DNA of 49,369 nucleotides from Vulcanimicrobiota bacterium (GTDB taxonomy: Bacteria; Vulcanimicrobiota; SpSt-956; JAKJGF01). Shown in pieces: positions 28,423-36,355 of the stretch (positions are counted from its first letter, which is position 1; every line of letters begins with the position of its first letter). A program made the position numbers and the translations under genes. The stretch spans positions 1 to 49,369 of the forward strand of contig JBEHWP010000002.1 in the NCBI GenBank assembly GCA_040217665.1, written 5' to 3'. The notes below the pieces were generated by a model. That model was not told the origin of the DNA. It saw only the letters and a list, made by a program, of their open reading frames with translations, and ran no database searches.

Positions 28423-28615
28423 AATGGTGTAGAATAAATATTACTTTTCAGATAGGTCTTTACAGGCTTTCAGGACGAAATTCTTTTCTCCAGGGACTGG
28501 CTACTGAAATTCTTCAGTGATATAATAAGTTCAGTAAATGTGTAAAGAAGTAAAAATGAAAGGTAAGTTAATAGAAGAATATATATAATATAAATAATAG
28601 ATAAATTGAAATTAT

Positions 28616-30325
28616 ATGGAGATTTTAAAAAAGTATTTAAGACAACTTAAACGTGTTTTATTGAGTGAAGAAGAAAGTAAGAAAGTTGTTTATTTTTTCC
28701 TGAAATTAGCCAGAGAAGGAAAAGATCTTTCCCCTGTAATTCCCGATCTTATAAAATTTTTTTCCACGTGTAATACTGTTACTATTATGGAACCTCTTGC
28801 CAATGTAATTATACTGAACTGTCTCAAAAAATCTGATTTTAAAAATCTTGAAGTATTATTAAAAAGAGAAGATTTCAGAACGTTTCTTCTGGACAGTTTT
28901 GACAGCCCCGATATAGGTGATCCTGTTCCGGTCATAATAAAAATAATTAAAAAAGCTCTTTTTCAGAATATTTCCATAAGAAGGTTCCTTGTTTTATATA
29001 TAAAAAAAGATATGGAGAGATTAAATCGGGTCATTGAATGTATGTTAAAAGAACCATCTGTCAGGTTATATGTGCCAGATTTTTTAAAAATATGTTTAAT
29101 ATTAGAAGGTATAGATATTTCTTGCTCACTGCCTCTGCTGGCAGATTTTCTTAGTGAAAAAAAGGAGAATGTCAGAGAGGATACATCTCTTGTGTTCAGT
29201 TTCGCAGCAGAAAAAGGGTTATCACTGGCAAAGGTTTTACCGGTGCTGAAGAAATCCCTTCACGATAAAAATAATAAAGTATGTAAAAATCTCGGTTATA
29301 GTATAGCACTCTTCTTTGCAAAGAAAGACAGGTTAGATGAAATAGATAGACTGATAAAACATAGAAACTATTCCGTAAGAGACGGTGTATTAAGAGGCAT
29401 AGCCCTTCATTTCCTGAAAAGCCAGAAACATAATCCGGTTCTTCTTTCCAGAATAACTATTTTTCTCGTAGATAAAGATAAAAGGATCAGGGAAAATACT
29501 CTTGCCATTCTTGAGGGAGCAGTATCAAATGGACTGGACATAGAACCGGAAAAGGATGTATTTAATGTTCTTCTTTATAATCTCAAATATAAGACCAAGA
29601 GGGATGTTATTCTAAAATATCTCTATTGTTTTACAGGTGATAGTAGAGAGAAAGCCTTTATAGTTCTTAAGGTAATTGAACCTTTTACAGACAGAGGGAT
29701 AGAAATGATTGATAATCTTAAAAAAGCCTGTAAAGAAATAATCTCGGAAGAACATATAAGGATCTGTACTATTTGTGAACATATTCCCAGAATTGGTACC
29801 TTCTATTATGAAGGAAGTCTTCCTGCAAACATAAAATATCTTATATCCCTTATGCCACCTGACGGCTATCTTAAAAAGTGTCCTCAATGTGGAGTTTACT
29901 ACATATATGATTACTCTGTCGAATATGACATTGTATCTTCCTTTGAAACTTATTATATCAGGCGGTTAAGTCCCACAGAAGCATTAAAAAAATTGAAAGG
30001 AGAAGAACTACAATTATTACAGAAAGATTATGAGAAGATAATAGAAAAAAATTTTAAGAATCTAAATCATTTTCATCTTTACTCCAGAAGAGAAGGAGCA
30101 TGGGCGTTAACATTACATTTTCTTGATAGAGGAAACTATGAATACATAAATGACCTTTTGCTGAAACATAGAGATCCTTCTGTCAGATTGGAAACTCTTG
30201 AGACACTTGAAAAGAGTGAAAATATAGATATAAAACCATTGATATCAACACTGAAAAATTTATTGTCAGATGAAGACAGGAAAATCAGAAAATCTGCTAC
30301 ATGTCTTCTGAGTTTCTATTTATAG
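28616..30325 (+). CDS. HEAT-repeat protein with an embedded C4 zinc-ribbon-like motif
   Basis: Repeated HEAT/PBS-lyase-like units (HRNYSVRDGVLRGIAL, DKDKRIRENTLAILEG, HRDPSVRLETLETLEK, DEDRKIRKSATCLLS). CTICEH..x40..CPQCG. Weak RBS. Confidence 0.6.
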   Translation: MEILKKYLRQLKRVLLSEEESKKVVYFFLKLAREGKDLSPVIPDLIKFFSTCNTVTIMEPLANVIILNCLKKSDFKNLEVLLKREDFRTFLLDSFDSPDIGDPVPVIIKIIKKALFQNISIRRFLVLYIKKDMERLNRVIECMLKEPSVRLYVPDFLKICLILEGIDISCSLPLLADFLSEKKENVREDTSLVFSFAAEKGLSLAKVLPVLKKSLHDKNNKVCKNLGYSIALFFAKKDRLDEIDRLIKHRNYSVRDGVLRGIALHFLKSQKHNPVLLSRITIFLVDKDKRIRENTLAILEGAVSNGLDIEPEKDVFNVLLYNLKYKTKRDVILKYLYCFTGDSREKAFIVLKVIEPFTDRGIEMIDNLKKACKEIISEEHIRICTICEHIPRIGTFYYEGSLPANIKYLISLMPPDGYLKKCPQCGVYYIYDYSVEYDIVSSFETYYIRRLSPTEALKKLKGEELQLLQKDYEKIIEKNFKNLNHFHLYSRREGAWALTLHFLDRGNYEYINDLLLKHRDPSVRLETLETLEKSENIDIKPLISTLKNLLSDEDRKIRKSATCLLSFYL

Positions 30326-30326
30326 A

Positions 30327-30941
30327 TTACCATTGTAAATTTTCTTTTTTACCTGTGAGTTCATCCAGTCTCTGTTGAACTATTGTGTCTTTATTTTTTT
30401 TCCTGTTATTGAGACTTTCTTTAAGACGGGCAAGTTCCTGTTCCAGCTGTTTTATTCTTCTTCCTCTTTCTTTTTCTCTCAGATCAAAAAGTTCATTCAA
30501 TATTGTTTTCAATTTTTTTGTAATCTGTCCTTTTTCATCTTCTCCCGTGGCTTTTCTGTACTGTTTTGCAAGTTTTAAGCTTTCATCTTCCAGCTTTACG
30601 GCCTTTAAAGAATCCTTATAGGCTTCCGTATCAATTTTTGCCAGTTCTTTAAGTTCTGTCATAATTCTGTAATTTTCCAGAAGGATCTGATTATACCGGC
30701 CCGGATCTGCTTCTTTTATTTCTCTCAGGGTTTCGTAATTAGAAGGCATATATTTCTGAATAAATGAAATAACTTCAGATTTCTGTTTATCATTTAATAC
30801 TGGCGGAGGGCCGGGATGGCCTCCTGGTACAGGAGCCTGGGCTATATCACCCGTATATAAATCTTCTTCCATGGCAAATGTGTCTGTCTGTAATAAACAC
30901 AGGCAAATCAGGATTAACAGGATTACAGAGAAAATTTTCAT
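30327..30941 (-). CDS. Secreted coiled-coil protein, last gene of the ECF sigma cluster (possible periplasmic stress protein)
   Basis: Signal peptide MKIFSVILLILICLCLLQTDTFA. K/E-rich helical remainder. RBS AAGGAG. Function inferred only from its position after the sigma/anti-sigma pair. Confidence 0.55.
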   Translation of the reverse strand: MKIFSVILLILICLCLLQTDTFAMEEDLYTGDIAQAPVPGGHPGPPPVLNDKQKSEVISFIQKYMPSNYETLREIKEADPGRYNQILLENYRIMTELKELAKIDTEAYKDSLKAVKLEDESLKLAKQYRKATGEDEKGQITKKLKTILNELFDLREKERGRRIKQLEQELARLKESLNNRKKNKDTIVQQRLDELTGKKENLQW

Positions 30942-30988
30942 TTTACTACTCCTTTATTTAAATTTTATATACCCTTATGGCGGGCTAT

Positions 30989-31579
30989 TTAAAAACTCTC
31001 ACATTCTTTCTTTAATTTTTTTACCTCTGTTTCCATGGCCGTCATTTTACTGTCTATAGAAGATACGTCCCATGTACTTTTTTGCTTTTCAATACCGAAA
31101 GAATAATAATTATCAGAAAAAGAAGCTGTGTTGACTTCAATGTTTTTTATGTCTTTATCCAGTTTTTTTCCTTCGTAAAGGGCTGTTATATTATTCTCGT
31201 TGTTTATGGTATTATGTCTGAGAGAAATATAATTTATAAGACAGGTAATTCCTATCAGAAACAGCAAAATAGAGGCAAAAACCAGTCTTCTCTGACTGTA
31301 TAGCAGAAGATTAAGAATATTTTTTATATATTCTCTGGCTGAATTTCCGGTGCAAACCCGGTGTCTTCCTGCATATTCCCTTACTTTATTCAGAAGATGG
31401 TCAGGCGGTTCCGGTCTTTCTATATGTTCAAAAATAGATTTTGTTTCTTTCGTTTCTTCAAAGAGATTTCTGCAGTGCCGGCATGAAGACATATGTTCCG
31501 TACAGGCCGATATTTCATCTTTATTTAATTCTTCATAGATCATAAGTATATAATTTTCTTCAAATTCTTTACATGTCAT
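30989..31579 (-). CDS. Anti-sigma factor (zf-HC2 type, single TM)
   Basis: N-terminal H-x3-C-x2-C motif (CTEHMSSCRHCRN). Central TM LVFASILLFLIGITCLINYI. Starts 4 nt after the sigma gene stop. Confidence 0.7.
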   Translation of the reverse strand: MTCKEFEENYILMIYEELNKDEISACTEHMSSCRHCRNLFEETKETKSIFEHIERPEPPDHLLNKVREYAGRHRVCTGNSAREYIKNILNLLLYSQRRLVFASILLFLIGITCLINYISLRHNTINNENNITALYEGKKLDKDIKNIEVNTASFSDNYYSFGIEKQKSTWDVSSIDSKMTAMETEVKKLKKECESF

Positions 31580-31582
31580 AGT

Positions 31583-32173
31583 CTAGACCTCCAGTTCTTC
31601 TGTGAGTTTTTCCTTTAATTTTTTCATGGCACAGTGCATCCTGCCGAGAGCTGTATTTAAAGGGCATTTCAGTAAGTCCGCTATTTCTTTAAAGGACATT
31701 TTGCTTTCATGTCTCAGAATAAATATTTCTTTCTGTTCTTCTGTAAGACTTTCTATGGAGTTTTTCAGTATATGCTGCAATTCCTTATGTTCTAAAATTT
31801 TCTCAGGGCCGTGAGAAGCAGATTTTAATGTGTCTTCCACTTTAATGGATTTTCCTTTCTCTTCAAAGATTTCCTCTTCTATGGAAGAGGTTTTCCTTCT
31901 TTTTATACTTCTCAGATGATCTATGGCAAGATTATTTGCTATACGAAAAATCCAGCTTTTAAATTTATCTTTTGATTTATAGTCAGGCAGGGATTTTATG
32001 ACCCTGAAAAAAACCTCCTGAAAGAGATCTTCTGACACTGTTTTGTCTGATACCATTCTTACAAGAAAGGAGAAAAGAGAATTTTTATAACGGGTCAGAA
32101 TGGTTTCAAAGGCTTCATTATTGCCGGATTTTTTATATATCTCTATTAATTCCTCATCTGATAGGTGAGTCAT
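31583..32173 (-). CDS. ECF-type RNA polymerase sigma-70 family factor
   Basis: Region 2 (EDLFQEVFFRV ... FKSWIFRIANNLAIDHLR) and region 4 HTH (SFKEIADLLKCPLNTALGRMHCAMKKLKE). RBS GGAGAAGGAG. Confidence 0.9.
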   Translation of the reverse strand: MTHLSDEELIEIYKKSGNNEAFETILTRYKNSLFSFLVRMVSDKTVSEDLFQEVFFRVIKSLPDYKSKDKFKSWIFRIANNLAIDHLRSIKRRKTSSIEEEIFEEKGKSIKVEDTLKSASHGPEKILEHKELQHILKNSIESLTEEQKEIFILRHESKMSFKEIADLLKCPLNTALGRMHCAMKKLKEKLTEELEV

Positions 32174-32274
32174 CTCCTTCTCCTGTTTGTGAGAATTCTG
32201 CCTTTATATATAACGTATAAGTTTTAAAAATATTGTGTTTTAGAGAATTTTTTGTGATATATTTATATGAGAAT

Positions 32275-32335
32275 CGTGACGCGTAACGCGTAATGCGTGA
32301 CGCGAGGATTATCTATAATTTGTTGTAAACTACAC
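32275..32335 (+). repeat. Family 2 heptamer array plus flanking module
   Basis: CGTGACGCGTAACGCGTAATGCGTGACGCGAGGATTATCTATAATTTGTTGTAAAC. About 100 nt upstream of the ECF sigma gene start (minus strand). Confidence 0.8.
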
Positions 32336-32401
32336 TGATAAATAAATATACACTGAATTGTATTGAAGACAGGTTTCCCATATTTTTAAATCTCTAAAGG
32401 T

Positions 32402-33319
32402 TTATATAAAATAGCCCACAGTATAAATCCCAAGTTTTTTTGTTTTGATTATAACATAACCTTCTGAAATTTCTGCCGGTATGGATTTCCAGAACTTTCT
32501 ATCAGGAATTGCTTTCAATTCATTGGAAATAAATTTAGATAAATTTTCATCTGCTGTTATCTTTGAATAGATTTTTGTATATGATATTTCATTTAAAGTG
32601 TAACCAGCCAGTCCCTCCCGTTTTACCAGAGGGAAGTATATACTGATTTCTTTGTTAAATTTTGTATTTATGGGAGTGAATTGAACCAGCCCGAGATAAA
32701 TGAAATTATTTTTATAATTTACACCTGATGGAACTATAAGTTGAATTGTTATTGTAGCTTCTTTAATTGAATCATCTGGAATGATGACTTTTAAACCTAT
32801 ATATTTATAGAGGATAGTTTTACCCTGAGCATGTATCTTTTCAGTTATTATAGATTTATAAAGTTCTGGAGTTGCATTTATTATTGGATGGCTGGACGGC
32901 TGAGCATATGGTATATCAATTCCTTCTGCAGGTGTAATTTCGGGATAAGGATAATCAGGTCTGATGCCATAGGTCGGGTCAATATTATTATCTCCGCCTG
33001 CCAGAACTGAAGACAATGGAACCAAGGACGCACTTATTACAAAAGCAGCAGATGCTGCCGCACCTTTAATAAAATTTCTTCTTGAGTTTTTCTGGGTTAT
33101 AAAATGTTCGATCATGTCATTGAGCTTTTGGGGAGGAATATTATTGAGAAATATTTTATCTACTTCAGACAGAGAAAATTCCGTATTTTCTGTGACAGAT
33201 TTTTTATCTTTAAGGATCTTGTCTCTGAAATCTTTGTTTGTAGCTGCTCTCAGAAGAATTTTTTCTATATTTGAAATTTTTTTATTCAAAATAATCAGCC
33301 CTTTCTCGGATTTATACAA
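32402..33319 (-). CDS. Hypothetical protein with an internal twin-arginine (Tat) signal-like motif
   Basis: SRRNFIKGAAASAAFVISASLV lies at residues ~79-100, preceded by ~68 aa. Start is uncertain (TTG at 33319, or ATG at 33115 giving MIEHFITQKNSRRNFIKG...). The mature part has no recognisable family. Confidence 0.5.
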   Translation of the reverse strand: MYKSEKGLIILNKKISNIEKILLRAATNKDFRDKILKDKKSVTENTEFSLSEVDKIFLNNIPPQKLNDMIEHFITQKNSRRNFIKGAAASAAFVISASLVPLSSVLAGGDNNIDPTYGIRPDYPYPEITPAEGIDIPYAQPSSHPIINATPELYKSIITEKIHAQGKTILYKYIGLKVIIPDDSIKEATITIQLIVPSGVNYKNNFIYLGLVQFTPINTKFNKEISIYFPLVKREGLAGYTLNEISYTKIYSKITADENLSKFISNELKAIPDRKFWKSIPAEISEGYVIIKTKKLGIYTVGYFI

Positions 33320-33407
33320 AAATTATAACATCTGTTTCAAGTCTATGCCAGAATTAATCTCTGTTATATAATAAAAAATTAATAAAATCTTTTCTTTATA
33401 TGTCTTC

Positions 33408-33812
33408 GGCTCTCCGGTGCTCTGGAGAAAAAAATATCATGGCACTACAGGTGTATTCGAAGGTTTTATAATAATTCTAAAAAGAAAAGTCTCAAATTAA
33501 TCATCAGTGATTTAAGAAAAATCCGGTTACCCGGTGCTACGTAGAAAAAATATCACGCAGCACCGGTGTATACGGCCGGATCATAATGTAAAGCAGCATG
33601 ATGCAATCTGTAACATATATAGACGCAGCAGTTTAGATTTTTTCGGAGGAGCACCGGGTAACCGGATTTGATCCGGTTAATATTTAGGACAAGACTTTTT
33701 AGAATTACTCTATAACTTAAAGTGGCATGATGTAAGCTGTAAAATATATAAACGTTCCCAAACGTTCCAGTTTAGATTTTTTTTTGGAAGGAGCACCGGA
33801 GAACCGGAGAGG
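33408..33812. repeat. ~400-bp nested palindrome built from two family 3-like units
   Basis: Outer arms 33408-33437 (GGCTCTCCGGTGCTCTGGAGAAAAAAATATC) and 33774-33812. Middle arms 33465-33491 and 33692-33715 (AATTCTAAAAAG...AGTCT / AGACTTTTTAGAATT). Inner arms 33518-33554 (AAATCCGGTTACCCGGTGCTACGTAGAAAAAATATC) and 33636-33669 (GATTTTTTCGGAGGAGCACCGGGTAACCGGATTT). Confidence 0.8.
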
Positions 33813-33956
33813 GGGCTTTATAATAGTATATTTGATAGCGAAATGTTATCACCGCTCACCAAAATTATTTCTCCCTATAAAAAGGTTTTTCCCTGCTAAC
33901 TAGAGAATTTTCAGAGAAATAAGGCCTGAATTCTGCAGGCCTGTTCATAAACATCC

Positions 33957-33987
33957 CCGCGTCACGCGTCACGCGTCACGGGTCACG
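33957..33987 (-). repeat. Family 2 heptamer array (reverse orientation)
   Basis: CCGCGTCACGCGTCACGCGTCACGGGTCACG. It ends 23 nt upstream of the ATG at 34010. Confidence 0.8.
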
Positions 33988-34009
33988 AAACAAAAAGAGG
34001 TGACTATTT

Positions 34010-35728
34010 ATGTCTTATGATGACGAAATCAATCTCGAAGATAATGATGAAGAAGAAGATTTACTCGACAGTGACGATACTGATGATGGTACTTCGAATA
34101 AATCTCAGACAAAATCTGTTTATGTAATATCCTTTTTACTCGGTGTTATACTCTGCCTGGGAGCTGTTATATTTTACCTTTCAACAAGAGATACTCTTCA
34201 GGAACTTTCCTTTATGCCTGAAGAATCTCAAATGATTTTGAAAATGCAGGTTGAACCGGGTATAAAAAAGGTAATATTTGCGGAACAGTATAAAAAAATC
34301 CATGAAAATCCTGATACAGAGAAGGGCATATATGCAATCATTGATAAACTTATGATAACGGTCTTTTTCAGAGAACCACGGCAGGGTATTAACATAACGG
34401 CAGATTTCCTGCCCTATGTTGACCCGGAAATGGCAGTGGCAGGGTTTAATATGGGAGCAAACCTTGCTGTAAAAATGCTGAGGCTTAATAACCCGGTAGA
34501 TAAAATTTTTACACTTGGCGCTTTCCGTATAAATAACAGAGAAAAAGTGGATGAATTTTTTAATAAGGTTCAAGTCCAATACGGAGCAACAGAGCAGGAA
34601 ATGAACGGTCATAAAATATTTGTTTCCACAAATTTTTCCTATGTTTTTTACAGGGATTTTATTCTTATGGCAACCACACCTGATAAACTACTTCTGTCTC
34701 TTGATACGGTTCAGAAAAAACATAAATCCATATTGACAGATGAAAAATTTCAGCTTTACAGAAAGAAAATATCTAAAGATACCGTAGGGTTTGCTTATGT
34801 CAATTTAAATTATTTAAGAGAAGAATTCTGTAATATTTCAAAGATGTCACAGGAGTCTAATTTTGTTCAATTTTTTAAATCAGTAAAAATTATGGGTGCT
34901 GCTCTGGCACTTTCCGAGAAAGGACTTTCACTGGAAACACTGATGATTCCAGAAGAAAATATAATAAATCCTGTGGCGGTAAAATATTTTTCACAGACAG
35001 CAAAGGAACCTGTGAGTCCGACCTTTTTTGCAAAGGACAGTACTACAAATCTTATTGTTCTTAGCAATATAGTCGAATTATTTGAAGTATATACAGGCCT
35101 TACTGAGGATATAATGCCGGGGTTAAAAGATAATATGGAAAATCTTGTAGAAAGTAGATTGAGTCTTAATCTGGAAAGAGATATATTTGCATCACTTACG
35201 GGAGAACTTGCCATAAGTTACCCTTCCAGAAATGCAGCAGAATTAGGTATAACTCTACTTACAAACCCTCAGAAGCTTTTGCAGGGACTCATTGTAATGA
35301 TTGGAGTAAAACAGGATTCACGCCTTGAAAGCCTTATTGCCGGTGCAGACAGTCTTATGTCTTTACTTGCTCCTCCTCCTCAGTTTAAAGGTGTGAGTAT
35401 TATTACTGCTCCTGACGGCAGTATTTCCTATGCCTGTACCGATCATTTTATAATACTCGGTATGGGTAATTCCCGTGCCAGAATACAGGAACTTATACTG
35501 ACGAAAAAAGATAATCTTCAGTCTGTAAATAATCTTTATAAAGAAAGAACCCTGGTTTATTCAAAGGAAGTACTGGGACTTACCTTTATAAACATTAAAA
35601 TGCTCTATGACGGACTGGGAGCAGGAGCGGGTAAATCTGTGGAAAAAACTCCTGAAATATGGCTTGTAAACAGTAAAGCAGATAAGGGGATAAAAGCCAC
35701 TCTCTATATTCCCTTTAAGATTATTTAA
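34010..35728 (+). CDS. Hypothetical membrane-anchored protein (acidic N-terminus, one TM, large extracytoplasmic domain)
   Basis: Long ORF with RBS AGAGGTG. D/E-rich N-terminus, then TM VYVISFLLGVILCLGAVIFYL. Size and layout recall DUF3352-type proteins, but I cannot verify that. Confidence 0.6.
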   Translation: MSYDDEINLEDNDEEEDLLDSDDTDDGTSNKSQTKSVYVISFLLGVILCLGAVIFYLSTRDTLQELSFMPEESQMILKMQVEPGIKKVIFAEQYKKIHENPDTEKGIYAIIDKLMITVFFREPRQGINITADFLPYVDPEMAVAGFNMGANLAVKMLRLNNPVDKIFTLGAFRINNREKVDEFFNKVQVQYGATEQEMNGHKIFVSTNFSYVFYRDFILMATTPDKLLLSLDTVQKKHKSILTDEKFQLYRKKISKDTVGFAYVNLNYLREEFCNISKMSQESNFVQFFKSVKIMGAALALSEKGLSLETLMIPEENIINPVAVKYFSQTAKEPVSPTFFAKDSTTNLIVLSNIVELFEVYTGLTEDIMPGLKDNMENLVESRLSLNLERDIFASLTGELAISYPSRNAAELGITLLTNPQKLLQGLIVMIGVKQDSRLESLIAGADSLMSLLAPPPQFKGVSIITAPDGSISYACTDHFIILGMGNSRARIQELILTKKDNLQSVNNLYKERTLVYSKEVLGLTFINIKMLYDGLGAGAGKSVEKTPEIWLVNSKADKGIKATLYIPFKII

Positions 35729-35755
35729 TTATAGCAACGTTGAGGAGTTTGTGTC

Positions 35756-36355
35756 ATGAAAAAGATTATAATAAGTGGTTTTGATCCTTTTGATAAAATG
35801 AAAATCAATCCTTCTATGGAAGTAGTTAAAGAACTTCACACTATTGCCGTAGACGGTGCAGAGATTTACCCTCTTATTCTTCCTACTGTTTACGGGGTTT
35901 CTTCTGAAATAGTTATAGAAAAAATAAAGGAAATAAAACCTGACAGTATTATAAACCTCGGTCTGGCAGGGGGAAGAAAAAAAATTTTTCTTGAAAGATT
36001 TGCCCTTAACATAGACGATGCAAAAACTAAAGATAATAAGAAAATACAGAGAAGAGGTCTTTTAATAGCAGAAGACGGCCCTCATGCCTATGCTTCTACT
36101 CTCCCTGTTACAGATATATTGAAGCAGTTACACAGATATAAAATTAAAGCAGGTATATCTAATTTCTGCGGCACCTTCGTGTGTAACCATGTTATGTATT
36201 CAACACTTCATTATATAGCTAAAAATAATCTCCCTGTAACATGTGGTTTTATTCACCTTCCGAAATTATCAAAGGGGAAAAATGAAGTAACAGTTGAAAA
36301 ATTGTTGAAAGCTATAAAGATAATAATATCTTTCCTGGTAATTGATAATGAATAA
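35756..36355 (+). CDS. pcp: Pyroglutamyl-peptidase I (family C15)
   Basis: ISGFDPF...NPS N-terminus. GLAGGR. Catalytic Cys in GTFVCNHVMY and His in GFIHLP. RBS GAGGAG. Confidence 0.9.
   Translation: MKKIIISGFDPFDKMKINPSMEVVKELHTIAVDGAEIYPLILPTVYGVSSEIVIEKIKEIKPDSIINLGLAGGRKKIFLERFALNIDDAKTKDNKKIQRRGLLIAEDGPHAYASTLPVTDILKQLHRYKIKAGISNFCGTFVCNHVMYSTLHYIAKNNLPVTCGFIHLPKLSKGKNEVTVEKLLKAIKIIISFLVIDNE

Noticed and set aside
34560-34600. GGTTCAAGTCC, a tRNA T-loop-like string
   Set aside because: It lies inside a long ORF. The flanking bases do not form a T-stem (TAAGG versus CCAAT) or an acceptor stem. It is not a tRNA.
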